Assembly: GCA_016927185.1 (NCBI GenBank)
Contig: JAFGND010000027.1
Coordinates: 1 to 36,847 of the forward strand
Direction of reading: 5' to 3'
Origin: Candidatus Coatesbacteria bacterium
Lineage (GTDB): Bacteria > JAFGND01
DNA length: 36,847 bases
In this document: positions 1 through 9,190 of the stretch, in pieces
Numbering within the stretch: position 1 is the first letter of the stretch
Layout: every line of letters begins with the position of its first letter
The notes under the pieces: generated by a model
The model's database searches: none
Seen by the model: only the letters and a program-made list of their open reading frames with translations
Told to the model about the DNA's origin: nothing
Position numbers and translations under genes: made by a program

Positions 1-237
1 AATTAAATTTTGTGTTAACATACACTTTTAATAAATTCAGATGAAATTGAAGATTCCTGTCAATCAATGAGGAGTTATTATTTTGTGCTTCCTTTATTAT
101 TAAGTTTGATTTTTCCATTGTTTGCTGACAGTGATTTAATGGGTCATTTTTTTGTCAAATAATTTCAGCAGAAATTATCAATTAGTGCTTTAAATAAAGA
201 GTTTGCTAAAGGATCTACAGAATTCAGATGAGATAAA

Positions 238-265
238 AAGGGCTTAAAGTCATCTTTAAGCCCTT
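238..265. repeat. Hairpin repeat copy 1 (AAGGGCTTAAAG-tcat-CTTTAAGCCCTT), terminator/REP-like
   Basis: Perfect 12-bp inverted repeat; the same arms recur at 1235-1269 and 1839-1874. Confidence 0.75.
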
Positions 266-279
266 ATAGGAGGGAGATA

Positions 280-522
280 ATGATTTGGGGGGTCACTTTT
301 TTTATTATTCATTTTCTCATCTTTATATTTGCAATAAAGCAAAAGATTAAAGATGAAATCAAACTAACTATCATAAACATTTCTTTCTCCTTTATCCTCT
401 TTTGGTTACTACTTATTTTTTATCTCTTTCTTTCAAGAAAAGCTACTAACAATGGGATACACCCTAATATCAAAGATAACAAACTTAACATTCTTAACCT
501 CCTTCTTTCATCCTATATATAG
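280..522 (+). CDS. Small hypothetical membrane protein (80 aa, about 2 TM segments)
   Basis: Strong RBS (AGGAGGGAG) just before the ATG; two hydrophobic stretches; no family recognised. Confidence 0.5.
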   Translation: MIWGVTFFIIHFLIFIFAIKQKIKDEIKLTIINISFSFILFWLLLIFYLFLSRKATNNGIHPNIKDNKLNILNLLLSSYI

Positions 523-922
523 CATAATGCGTGCCATACTTTTTAAAATAGCCATTATCAGAGCTTTTCAGGGAAATCTCAGATTCACCCTGGGCAAAAA
601 TACCTCATTTAAGGTAGAGGGAATTCAATATTAAAAGTATCTTAAATATTCAAGGAATTATCATAAAAAGCAACTTCCAATCAGTCAATGGAGAAGTCAA
701 TTCTACCTGTTTAACAGAAAACCCCAAATGAGCCTTCAAGTATAATATAAGTATTACAAATAGAGTTTCATGCCTCGCTTGTGAATCTCTGTATCAAAGG
801 CTTTGAAGGCTTCAGCCATAAGTCATGACCTAAATGAGGCATTAATACCCCAAATGAGGTATTTTTTAGAAGAATGAAATCCTGATTTTTTAAAAGTGTT
901 ATTATAAGATGATTCTTAAAGA

Positions 923-938
923 CGGCATGCTATTTGCT
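923..938 (+). promoter_or_regulatory. sigma54 (-24/-12) promoter candidate
   Basis: CGGCATGCTATTTGCT has GG-N10-GC spacing and resembles TGGCAC-N5-TTGCW; it lies directly before the RBS AAAGGAGG (951-958) and ATG 964. Confidence 0.6.
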
Positions 939-963
939 ATATTAAGATTAAAAGGAGGTAGAA

Positions 964-1035
964 ATGTTAGGATTATTTGCATTAATAGTTGGAAGTATTC
1001 CATTGATAGCTGCCATTCTTGAAAGAAAAAGATAG
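964..1035 (+). CDS. Small hydrophobic peptide 1 (MLGLFALIVGSIPLIAAILERKR, 23 aa)
   Basis: Hand translated; RBS AAAGGAGG; paralogous to the peptides at 1430 and 1531. Confidence 0.7.
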   Translation: MLGLFALIVGSIPLIAAILERKR

Positions 1036-1234
1036 TTACTGGAATATTATTGGTTTATAATGATATTAAAAGAAGAGATGATAAAAGAGATTTGAAAACG
1101 AGGATGTAATGACAAGAATAAATGTAGTATGTATCAGAAGTGAAAGAACTGACAAGGTTGTTTATATAAACAAATGGTTGTCTACTGACATTTTAATATT
1201 TTCGGTAAAATAATCACCCCCCCTTCATTTACCA

Positions 1235-1269
1235 GAAAAGGGCTTGAAGAAAAGATTTAAGCCCTTTTC
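1235..1269. repeat. Hairpin repeat copy 2 (GAAAAGGGCTTGAA...TTTAAGCCCTTTTC), possible bidirectional terminator
   Basis: Inverted repeat with A/T-tract flanks and the same core as copies 1 and 3. Confidence 0.7.
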
Positions 1270-1352
1270 AAAGTAAAAAAACAAACACCTACCCATTTGA
1301 AATATTTTATCAGTGAGAATCATAAGATACCAGGGATATTATAATATGAACA

Positions 1353-1368
1353 TGGCACAGTTTATGCT
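1353..1368 (+). promoter_or_regulatory. sigma54 (-24/-12) promoter candidate
   Basis: TGGCACAGTTTATGCT has a consensus TGGCAC and GG-N10-GC spacing; upstream of peptides 2 and 3. Confidence 0.65.
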
Positions 1369-1429
1369 ATGAAGTATTATGAAACTTTTTTTGAAACATT
1401 GCATCTAATATTAAAAAAGGAGAAATGAA

Positions 1430-1501
1430 ATGTTGAGTTTAATAGGAATCATTATTGGAGCTATTCCACTACTGGCAGTTATACTGGAATACAAGAAGTA
1501 G
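1430..1501 (+). CDS. Small hydrophobic peptide 2 (MLSLIGIIIGAIPLLAVILEYKK, 23 aa)
   Basis: Hand translated; RBS AAAGGAG; shares the IP...LE plus basic-tail pattern. Confidence 0.7.
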   Translation: MLSLIGIIIGAIPLLAVILEYKK

Positions 1502-1530
1502 GAAGGATTTCAAAAGGAAAGGAGGGTAGA

Positions 1531-1605
1531 ATGTTTTCCATAATAATAGGTTTAATACTTGCAGCAATACCAATAGTCAGCAGATTACTGGAACTCAGGA
1601 ACTGA
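1531..1605 (+). CDS. Small hydrophobic peptide 3 (MFSIIIGLILAAIPIVSRLLELRN, 24 aa)
   Basis: Hand translated; RBS AAAGGAGG; shares the IP...LE pattern. Confidence 0.7.
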   Translation: MFSIIIGLILAAIPIVSRLLELRN

Positions 1606-1748
1606 TGGTAAGGTTGCATCATGGAGTAAGGAGTGAATAATCGGGTTGGAATTTCAAACCGGTTATTCCTGCTGAATAACGAACATATCTAAAGGAGTTT
1701 ATATAAAAGAGATTATGAACATGAAAATAATTATAAATGGAGATAATT

Positions 1749-1817
1749 TTGAAAAGAATATGTATACTTGTTTTCGGCTATATTATGGTGTTTTTGTTAT
1801 ATATTTTTGAGTATTAG
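1749..1817 (+). CDS. Possible fourth hydrophobic micro-ORF (MKRICILVFGYIMVFLLYIFEY, 22 aa, TTG start)
   Basis: GGAG precedes the TTG; hydrophobic but lacks the IP motif; may be chance in AT-rich DNA. Confidence 0.25.
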   Translation: MKRICILVFGYIMVFLLYIFEY

Positions 1818-1838
1818 TTATGTCTCCCTTCTAAACCC

Positions 1839-1874
1839 AAAAAGGGCTTAAGATTCTTTCTTTAAGCCCTTTTT
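1839..1874. terminator. Hairpin repeat copy 3, overlapping the lnt stop codon; likely bidirectional terminator
   Basis: AAAAAGGGCTTAA...TTAAGCCCTTTTT at the convergence of the + strand peptide region and - strand lnt. Confidence 0.65.
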
Positions 1875-3341
1875 AAATGCATAAACAAGCACAAGAAAGA
1901 AAAGGGAAACAGGGAATATGAAAGCTCCTGTTCTTGAATATATAGTCCTTGTCTCAAGTGGTATTATATAACCATATGCAGTTACCTGCTCCATTATTCT
2001 GGTTCTTATTTGTATATTGCCATAGGGGTCTGCAATCAGTGATATTCCACTATTTGCACATCGTACAAGATATCTGCCATTCTCTATAGCCCTGAAAACA
2101 GCGATTGCAGCATGCTGGTAAGGTCCACTGCTGAAGCCAAACCATATATCATTAGTAAGATTAACAAGAACTGATGCTCCTTTTGTTACTTCCTCCCTCA
2201 CCATGTCAGGGAATATTATTTCATAGCATATAAAGCAACCAACATATATGGAATCAGGCTTAAGCTTTGCAGATCTGTCTCCATGGCTGAAGTATGGCAT
2301 TTTAGGAAGCACTTTTTTTACTATCCCGATGTACCTCTCTTTCGGAATGAACTCTCCAAAAGGTACAAGCTGCTTCTTTGAATAAATCCCTTTCATTATG
2401 CCATCCCTGTCCATATAAACTGCACTGTTATAATGCCTGTTACCTATCTGGGAAGCTATTCCAAGAATATATATATTCCTTTTCTCTATCGCAAGTTCCT
2501 TGAAAAGCTCGAACCAGTGAAAGAAATCTTCGTCTATTATATAATAAGGAATTGCTGTTTCAGGAAGTACAATCCAGTCAGTATCACTGCTAATTGCACT
2601 CAGCATTTTTGCATATGTCAGATAGCTTTTATATGCATATTTGTATGAATTATTGCTAGTCCATGGAACTCTTGAATCCATATTGGCTTGTACCAGTGCA
2701 ATATTCTTACGGGGAGTTTCAGGAATGGCTTTTTTTCTCTTGAAATGACCATAAGCTGGTAAAGCAATGAGCATTGCAATCAGGGGAACTGCTAAAATGT
2801 ATTTCTTGTGGAGTATCTCATGAACAAATGCTGTTGCAAGAACCGCAAGAAAACTCAATCCGTATACACCTGAAATATCAGCAAACTGCCTTATTCTCGG
2901 GTAATCATAAAAACCATAGCCTATGAAAAGCCATGGGAATCCTAACTCTCCATAACTTCTCAGATAATCAAGTACAATCCATAAAAATGGTGCAAAAACA
3001 AAGAAGCATATTCCCTTCTTCCTGAAAAGACCTGCCAGTAATGCAAACAACAGCCACCACAAGGACATGTATATTGACACACCAATCCATGGAATGAAAT
3101 AATAACCGACTTCCTTGAGCCAGAACATTGATACAAGAGATTTCAAAAGACCAATTCCCCATATCCAGTAATAATATTTTTCCTTGCTGTCTATGAAATG
3201 GAAAACTATGGGAAAACCTATGAAAAGAAGGAATACATAACACGATGGTGGCTCTGCCAGAAGAAATGACAAAGCTGCAATGATTCCGAGCAAGATTGAT
3301 TTCAATGGTTCTTTTTTCAGGAATTCTATCTTACTTGTCAC
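1848..3341 (-). CDS. lnt: Apolipoprotein N-acyltransferase
   Basis: Multi-TM N-terminus with GFPW, nitrilase-fold motifs LPETA, YSKKQLVPFGE, ICYEIIFP, NDIWFG, RAIENG. Start set at GTG 3341 overlapping the pssA stop; the track start at 3422 lies deep inside pssA. Confidence 0.95.
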   Translation of the reverse strand: MTSKIEFLKKEPLKSILLGIIAALSFLLAEPPSCYVFLLFIGFPIVFHFIDSKEKYYYWIWGIGLLKSLVSMFWLKEVGYYFIPWIGVSIYMSLWWLLFALLAGLFRKKGICFFVFAPFLWIVLDYLRSYGELGFPWLFIGYGFYDYPRIRQFADISGVYGLSFLAVLATAFVHEILHKKYILAVPLIAMLIALPAYGHFKRKKAIPETPRKNIALVQANMDSRVPWTSNNSYKYAYKSYLTYAKMLSAISSDTDWIVLPETAIPYYIIDEDFFHWFELFKELAIEKRNIYILGIASQIGNRHYNSAVYMDRDGIMKGIYSKKQLVPFGEFIPKERYIGIVKKVLPKMPYFSHGDRSAKLKPDSIYVGCFICYEIIFPDMVREEVTKGASVLVNLTNDIWFGFSSGPYQHAAIAVFRAIENGRYLVRCANSGISLIADPYGNIQIRTRIMEQVTAYGYIIPLETRTIYSRTGAFIFPVSLFFLVLVYAFKKGLKKES

Positions 3342-4119
3342 TTGCAGAATCAGTATGTTCAGATGATTCTGAACACTTGTATGTCCCGGTTGCTTTCCTG
3401 TACCTGTAAATGAGCCAGTCAAAAGGACCGCTAAGTATATAAAGAAAACCTATGAAAAAGATTATCTGGAATAGATGTGCCTGTGCCATAATTATGAAAG
3501 TAATGATCATTATCAAAAGAACAAGAAGCTCGAAATTCTGATGCTTATAAGTATATATTTTCTTCAGATTGAAAAACCTTAATGTGCTTACCATAAGAAC
3601 AGAGCTTATTATTATGAATATTGTTGAAAGGATGAAGAACAGGTTATTATTCAATCCCATCTGTCTCGGGATTATAAGGAAGCTTGTAATGAAACCCGCT
3701 GCAACAGGTATTGGAAGCCCGAGAAAGTATACTGTTTTCTTGTCCGGGTCCTGTGCAAAAGTATTATATCTTGCAAGCCTTAATGCACCACATACTATGA
3801 AAAGAAGAGCTGATGCCATTACTATTTTGTTGAGTGGATGATTGAATATGAATCTGTTGTAATAAAGGATGCCTGGAGCAACTCCAAAACAAATAAGGTC
3901 AGCTAGCGAATCATAATTCAGCCCGAATATGCTGTTTGTCTTGGTAATCCTGGCAACAGTCCCGTCCAGTCCATCTATTGCAGTTGCCGCTATTATAAGT
4001 ATTGCAGCAATGAAGAAATTGTTGGATGTGGAATTAAGGATTGACAGGACACCACAAACCAGCGATGAAGTAGTGATGATATTGGGGAGAAGATAAATTG
4101 CCTTTTTGTTAATGTTCAT
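3331..4119 (-). CDS. pssA: CDP-diacylglycerol--serine O-phosphatidyltransferase
   Basis: LLPNIIT start, CDP-alcohol phosphotransferase motif DGLDGTVAR...G...DSLADLICFG, RLARYN, FLGLPIP. Confidence 0.93.
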   Translation of the reverse strand: MNINKKAIYLLPNIITTSSLVCGVLSILNSTSNNFFIAAILIIAATAIDGLDGTVARITKTNSIFGLNYDSLADLICFGVAPGILYYNRFIFNHPLNKIVMASALLFIVCGALRLARYNTFAQDPDKKTVYFLGLPIPVAAGFITSFLIIPRQMGLNNNLFFILSTIFIIISSVLMVSTLRFFNLKKIYTYKHQNFELLVLLIMIITFIIMAQAHLFQIIFFIGFLYILSGPFDWLIYRYRKATGTYKCSESSEHTDSASDK

Positions 4120-4133
4120 TCAATCCCCTTGAA

Positions 4134-6572
4134 TCACACCTTATTGAAAATCAGTTTGCCTTCATCTGAAGCAATTCTTATTTTATCTCCATCCTGGAAT
4201 TTTCCCTTCAGAATTTCTTCTGCAAGAGCGTCTTCCACAAGTTTCTCTATAGTTCTTCTTAAGGGTCTTGCTCCCAGGCTTGGCTGATAACCATTTGTTA
4301 TAATGCAGTCCTTTGCCTCTTCATCAATGAGAAGTCTCATGTCTCTTTCAAGCAGTTTATCCTCTACTTCCTTGAGAAGAATGTCCACTATTTTAGAGAT
4401 ATCATTCCTTGAAAGCTCATTGAAATAAACCACTTCATCAACCCTGTTAAGGAATTCCGGATTGAATGCCCTCTTGAGTTCCCTGCCTGCCTTCTCCCTG
4501 ATCTGGTTATAAACACTCTGCTTGTTGAAAGAGCCTGCAAATCCCCAGTTGCTTCCCTGGCTTATGTCCTTGGAACCGACATTTGTTGTCATTATGAGCA
4601 CTGTATTCCTGAAGTCCACTCTCCTTCCGAATGCATCTGTCAGAAGACCATCTTCAAGAACCTGAAGCAGAATGTTCCAGACATCAGGATGGGCTTTCTC
4701 TATTTCATCAAGAAGAACAACACTGTAAGGATTTCGCCTGACTTTTTCTGTAAGCTGGCCACCTTCCTCATATCCAACATATCCAGGGGGAGCTCCTATA
4801 AGCCTCGAAACATTGAACTTTTCCATATATTCGGACATGTCCAGTCTTACCAGGAATTGCTCAGACTTGAACATGAATCTGGCAAGTTCCCTTGCCATTT
4901 CAGTTTTCCCGACACCGGTAGGCCCTGCAAAAATGAAAGATCCTATTGGTCTGTTGGGATTCTTCAGTCCAGATCTTCCGCGTCTTATAGCTTTCGCAAC
5001 AGAAGCTATGGCTTCATCCTGACCGATTATTCTTCTGGAGATTATTTTCTCCATATCAAGCAATTTCTGGCTTTCCACTTCCTCTGTTACTGTTACTGGA
5101 ACACCGCTTATCATTGCAACAACATCTGCTATGTCCTTTACAGTCACATTTTTCAAGGAATCAGAAATATCCTCCTTCAGCTTCTTCTCAAGCTGCTCTA
5201 TTTCATTATCAATTTCCTTAGCCTTGTCGCGATATCTTGCAGCAATTTCGAAAGCCTGTCCATCAATAGCCTGTACTTTTCTCTCTTCTATGTCCCTGCG
5301 CTGCTGGATAAGCTCCTTCAGTTCCGGTGGACTTTCAATCAGCTGAAGCCTCAAGCGAGCTCCAACCTCGTCTATGACATCTATTGCCTTGTCAGGAAGG
5401 AATCTGTTGTTTATATATCTCTCAGATAGCTTCACTGCAGCGAAAATAGTTTCATCTGAATACTTTACATGATGATGCTTTTCATATCTTTCCCTGAGAC
5501 CCTTCAGTATTTCTATAGTCTCTTCTATTGATGGGGGATGAACCATTATGCTCTGGAAGCGTCTTTCAAGAGCACCATCCTTCTCTATATGCTTCCTGTA
5601 TTCAGCCAGAGTAGTTGCACCAATGCACTGGATTTCACCTCTTGCGAGAGCAGGTTTCAGCATGTTTGATGCATCAATAGATCCTTCGGCTGCTCCTGCA
5701 CCTACAAGTGAGTGGATTTCATCTATGAATATTATTATATCATCAGAGGACTTGATTTCCCTCAAGATATTCTTCACTCTCTCCTCGAATTGTCCCCTGT
5801 ACTTGGTTCCTGCTACAACACTTGCTATATCAAGTGCCATCACTCTCTTTGACTTGAGAAGATCAGGAACCTGACCAAGTATAATTCTCTGCGAAAGTCC
5901 TTCCACTATTGCAGTCTTGCCAACCCCGGGTTCTCCAATAAGCACTGGATTGTTCTTTTTTCTGCGGGAAAGTATCTGGAGGATTCTCTCTATTTCAGTT
6001 TCCCTTCCAATGACAGGATCAAGCTTGCCTTCCTGTGCAAGTGCAGTCAAATCCCTGCAGAACTTCTCGAGATTCTGTGACTTGGAGCGCTTGCCAGGTT
6101 TTATGGGAAGACTTGTTTCATCCTCGTTTTCAGCCTGCTCCTGTTTCACCACTTCATCAATGCGTTCCTTGAATCTTAGATAATCTACATCAAATTCAGC
6201 AAGTACTCTTGCAGCAACGCCTCCTCCATCCTTCAATATCGCAAGCATAAGCTCTTCCGTATCGATGATATTTGTTCCAAGAGTTTTTGCCTCATCTACA
6301 CTCATTTCCAGCACTTTTCTTGCCCTGGAAGTGAATTTCAGCTCCGCAATGAATACATCCTGGTTGACAGGTCCTGCAACAGCTTCCAGTTTTGTCTTCA
6401 GATCATAAAGGCTTACGTCAAGTTCTTCCAGGATTCTTACTGCAAGACCTTCTCCCTCCTTGAGTATTCCAAGAAGAAAGTGCTCGGTACCAACATAATC
6501 ATGGTTAAGGCGAACTGCTTCCTCTCTGGCATAGAGAAGAACTTTTCTCACTCTTTCAGAGAAACCTTTCAT
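4134..6572 (-). CDS. clpC: ATP-dependent Clp protease ATP-binding subunit ClpC
   Basis: Clp-N repeats, two AAA+ modules ([16 protein letters not shown]), short UVR-type middle domain, GAPPGYVGY; 812 aa. Confidence 0.96.
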   Translation of the reverse strand: MKGFSERVRKVLLYAREEAVRLNHDYVGTEHFLLGILKEGEGLAVRILEELDVSLYDLKTKLEAVAGPVNQDVFIAELKFTSRARKVLEMSVDEAKTLGTNIIDTEELMLAILKDGGGVAARVLAEFDVDYLRFKERIDEVVKQEQAENEDETSLPIKPGKRSKSQNLEKFCRDLTALAQEGKLDPVIGRETEIERILQILSRRKKNNPVLIGEPGVGKTAIVEGLSQRIILGQVPDLLKSKRVMALDIASVVAGTKYRGQFEERVKNILREIKSSDDIIIFIDEIHSLVGAGAAEGSIDASNMLKPALARGEIQCIGATTLAEYRKHIEKDGALERRFQSIMVHPPSIEETIEILKGLRERYEKHHHVKYSDETIFAAVKLSERYINNRFLPDKAIDVIDEVGARLRLQLIESPPELKELIQQRRDIEERKVQAIDGQAFEIAARYRDKAKEIDNEIEQLEKKLKEDISDSLKNVTVKDIADVVAMISGVPVTVTEEVESQKLLDMEKIISRRIIGQDEAIASVAKAIRRGRSGLKNPNRPIGSFIFAGPTGVGKTEMARELARFMFKSEQFLVRLDMSEYMEKFNVSRLIGAPPGYVGYEEGGQLTEKVRRNPYSVVLLDEIEKAHPDVWNILLQVLEDGLLTDAFGRRVDFRNTVLIMTTNVGSKDISQGSNWGFAGSFNKQSVYNQIREKAGRELKRAFNPEFLNRVDEVVYFNELSRNDISKIVDILLKEVEDKLLERDMRLLIDEEAKDCIITNGYQPSLGARPLRRTIEKLVEDALAEEILKGKFQDGDKIRIASDEGKLIFNKV

Positions 6573-6609
6573 TCATTTCTCCTTTTCAATCTCCTTTGTA
6601 TGCTCTCAT

Positions 6610-6637
6610 AGTATAATGAAAAATTCAATTTTGTCAA
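6610..6637 (-). promoter_or_regulatory. sigma70-type promoter of the clpC-pssA-lnt operon
   Basis: TTGACA-N16-TATACT on the - strand, about 40 nt upstream of the clpC ATG. Confidence 0.7.
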
Positions 6638-6789
6638 GTATCTTCTTTTTATAAGGTTTCCTGCATTCATCACAATTATTCATGATTCAAGTAACAATAA
6701 AAAAGATAAAGGAGTTTACTGTCAAGTGAAAGTTATAATGATTTTAATATATTGTTTTAAATCAAGAAGTTAGAGAATCCATTTCAAGA

Positions 6790-6815
6790 AAGCTGGATGA
6801 TTTTTCATCCAGCTT
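6790..6815 (-). terminator. Stem-loop just downstream of the last gene of the phage-like cluster
   Basis: AAGCTGGATGA-tttt-TCATCCAGCTT, a perfect 11-bp inverted repeat about 10 nt after the 6825 stop; short U tract. Confidence 0.6.
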
Positions 6816-6824
6816 CAGAAATAA

Positions 6825-7097
6825 TTACTTGTCGTTTCCGGAAGTCTTTCTTTCCAGAAAACTTACCCTGATCTTGAGTTCAGTCTGCATTTGCCTGTAA
6901 TCAGAAATAAGCTGCTCCATGTGCGCAATCCTCTTGTCAATATTGTCTATCTGTCTTGCAACTCTTTCTATTCCTTCCCTGTTCTGATCCCTCATATTGA
7001 TTATCTGAAGTATCAGAAGAACAAGAAGACCTGCAGTTCCTCCAATTTTTCTCAGATCAATTGTACCTTTGTCGGTCAAGAAAAGATCTTTAGTCAT
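6825..7097 (-). CDS. Small single-TM coiled-coil protein, possibly holin-like
   Basis: RBS GAGGAG; one hydrophobic helix (IGGTAGLLVLLILQII) followed by heptad-rich sequence; last gene of the cluster. Function inferred from position and architecture only. Confidence 0.45.
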   Translation of the reverse strand: MTKDLFLTDKGTIDLRKIGGTAGLLVLLILQIINMRDQNREGIERVARQIDNIDKRIAHMEQLISDYRQMQTELKIRVSFLERKTSGNDK

Positions 7098-7104
7098 TTT
7101 CTCC

Positions 7105-8814
7105 TCATTTCCAGTCTATGAATATTTCCTTTCCTATTCTTTCTGCCCATGAGCCCACCAGATGCGAGAATTCCTTAAGGACTTCCAGCCTTTGCATCAA
7201 GCCTTTCTCATCCTTGTCACAAAAATTAAGCTTGTTTTCAAGCATCAATGTCCTGCTCTGGATTACATGAACAAGAAGAAAGTAATACAGCGGATTTGCT
7301 TCAATCCCCTGCTTGAGCAGATGGAAAGCATGCTGTATCATTTTCAATCCCTCTGTTTCTCCTTTCTGCAAATTATCAGTAAAACTGAATGCCATCTGAT
7401 GGAAATGATAGCAGAAATAACTTATCCATTTGAGATAACTTATTGCCCTGCCTGATTTTTCATACCAGTTCGCCCAGTTTGCCTTTATCTCATCGCAAGA
7501 TGGATTTTTAATTTCCTCTCTTGAAAAAAACTTGCCTTCTCTTTCAAGGACTTCGTTCAAATCAGTATTGATTTCAGCCCCGTCAATAAAAAGCCCATTT
7601 CTTGTCGTATTGATTACCCTGCACTTCTTTTTCCTTATGAAATCAGAAAATGAGTTCCTGAAAATAAGCCATTCTTTTCTTGTAATGAACTCTCTTCCAT
7701 TCTCCTCAATCATTATGCATCCTTCTTCTGAAATAGAGTAATCTTGAGGCACAAAATCACAATGACTTTTTCCATCTTCATAGCAGAGATTCTGACCTGC
7801 AAGTATTATTGGGGATGCCCCCATGTGATAAGCTGCATGCAATGCCATATTAGCTGCAGAAGGTCCGGTATCCAGAAGAAAGCCTTCCATCTGGAGATAC
7901 CTGAAATGGCTGTAAGGTCTGAAGATATTGATAATCTGTCCCTTCCAGTTTGCATACAATGATGGATGAACAACTGGAACGCTCAGAAGAACAGTATTTC
8001 TTGAAAGCTCTTCTGGTATGTCCTTCAGGAACTCAGCTGTTTTTGCAACTCTTTCAAGCGTGCATATGAAATCAATTGAAAGACCTGACAATATGAGTTT
8101 TCTTGCCACTGCATCAACTGCAAAAACAAGGAATTTGTCTTTATGCTTTTTTAAAATCTCCACTCTTTCTTTGTCAAGATCAGTTCCTGCTGATATTACT
8201 ATTGCAGGAATACCGACATATTTATCTTTTAAAACGTCAATTCCAGGATTGTTGCATATGACAGCCATGTTCCTTACCATGTGCTTCAATCCATTGAATG
8301 AATCCTCCATGTCGTCACCATAGACAAACAGGGCATTCTGGCATGACGCTTTGATAAGCTCGTATTCATCCTCATATTCGTTTCTTGCGCATGCTACATA
8401 ATGAGTTGAAAGATAACCTCTCAAATCCGTTTTTCTTATTGTATCAGTTATTGCATCAGCAAGAGAGTATCCAGCAAGATTTGCAGCCCAGAGGAAAATG
8501 ACAAGCCTGTCTTTCCTTACAAGGCTTTCTGCAATAGGAAGATTGTGTACTGATGATACAAGTGCTTCAGGATCTCTCTCTACAAGCAGTATCCTTTCAA
8601 TCTCAGGATGCCTGTCAATATGCTCAAGAAGGCTTTCCGAAATGCCCAGGGAAACAAGGAATTTATGCCTTGAAGTTTCGTTGATTTTCCTTGATTCCGG
8701 GATTTGTGAAACAAATGTGTTAGCTGGAAAATTTTCTTCCTTTATCCCTAAAGCTGCAAGATTTCTTTTAATTCTGTCATCATGATGGATTTCTGTATCT
8801 GTAAGTGATTTCAT
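7105..8814 (-). CDS. MAF_flag10/DUF115 (motility-associated factor glycosyltransferase / MptE-like) family protein
   Basis: PAIVISAGTDL, VFAVDA, DFICTLE, GPSAANMALHAAYHMGASPIILAGQNLCY, VINTTRNGLFIDGA resemble DUF115 signatures. Start probably ATG 8814 (track gives 8874). Confidence 0.8.
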   Translation of the reverse strand: MKSLTDTEIHHDDRIKRNLAALGIKEENFPANTFVSQIPESRKINETSRHKFLVSLGISESLLEHIDRHPEIERILLVERDPEALVSSVHNLPIAESLVRKDRLVIFLWAANLAGYSLADAITDTIRKTDLRGYLSTHYVACARNEYEDEYELIKASCQNALFVYGDDMEDSFNGLKHMVRNMAVICNNPGIDVLKDKYVGIPAIVISAGTDLDKERVEILKKHKDKFLVFAVDAVARKLILSGLSIDFICTLERVAKTAEFLKDIPEELSRNTVLLSVPVVHPSLYANWKGQIINIFRPYSHFRYLQMEGFLLDTGPSAANMALHAAYHMGASPIILAGQNLCYEDGKSHCDFVPQDYSISEEGCIMIEENGREFITRKEWLIFRNSFSDFIRKKKCRVINTTRNGLFIDGAEINTDLNEVLEREGKFFSREEIKNPSCDEIKANWANWYEKSGRAISYLKWISYFCYHFHQMAFSFTDNLQKGETEGLKMIQHAFHLLKQGIEANPLYYFLLVHVIQSRTLMLENKLNFCDKDEKGLMQRLEVLKEFSHLVGSWAERIGKEIFIDWK

Positions 8815-9190
8815 TCTTAAGTTGCACTCCTTCAAGCAAGATTTCCCCTTTGTATGCAATGAATCTATCATCAAGATATGGAAAAAAGAACCGCTTGCCT
8901 ATCCTGACCTTGTAGTTTCGGTAAATATAGGTTTTATCAGGCCAGAATATTAGTTCCTTCTTCTGATTGCATAAATTGACAAGGATTTTGTATTGTTCCA
9001 GAGATAACGCATCATAAACAAGTCTTGCCATGTACCTGTATCCCTTGTCATAAACATGAAGATTTCCTGGAAGACATTCCTTGATGCTTCTGACTGGAAT
9101 CCATTCTTCATGAAGTTCGGATGGTTCTTCAACATGAAACATGAAACCACCCGGAATATAAAATCCTGGTTGATTTGAATTATCTGACAT
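8780..9190 (-). CDS. Putative minor/distal tail protein (Dit or lambda gpM-like), paralog B
   Basis: Position in the tail module, size 136 aa, pattern shared with the neighbouring ORF. Confidence 0.45.
   Translation of the reverse strand: MSDNSNQPGFYIPGGFMFHVEEPSELHEEWIPVRSIKECLPGNLHVYDKGYRYMARLVYDALSLEQYKILVNLCNQKKELIFWPDKTYIYRNYKVRIGKRFFFPYLDDRFIAYKGEILLEGVQLKNEITYRYRNPS

Noticed and set aside
452-634. 60 aa + strand ORF overlapping the 80 aa ORF
   Set aside because: No RBS or recognisable features; likely spurious, though a frameshifted continuation cannot be excluded.
4689-6183. Long + strand ORFs antisense to clpC (similar ones lie opposite ftsH, the tape measure, portal and others)
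   Set aside because: Shadow frames of conserved genes, with no recognisable motifs.
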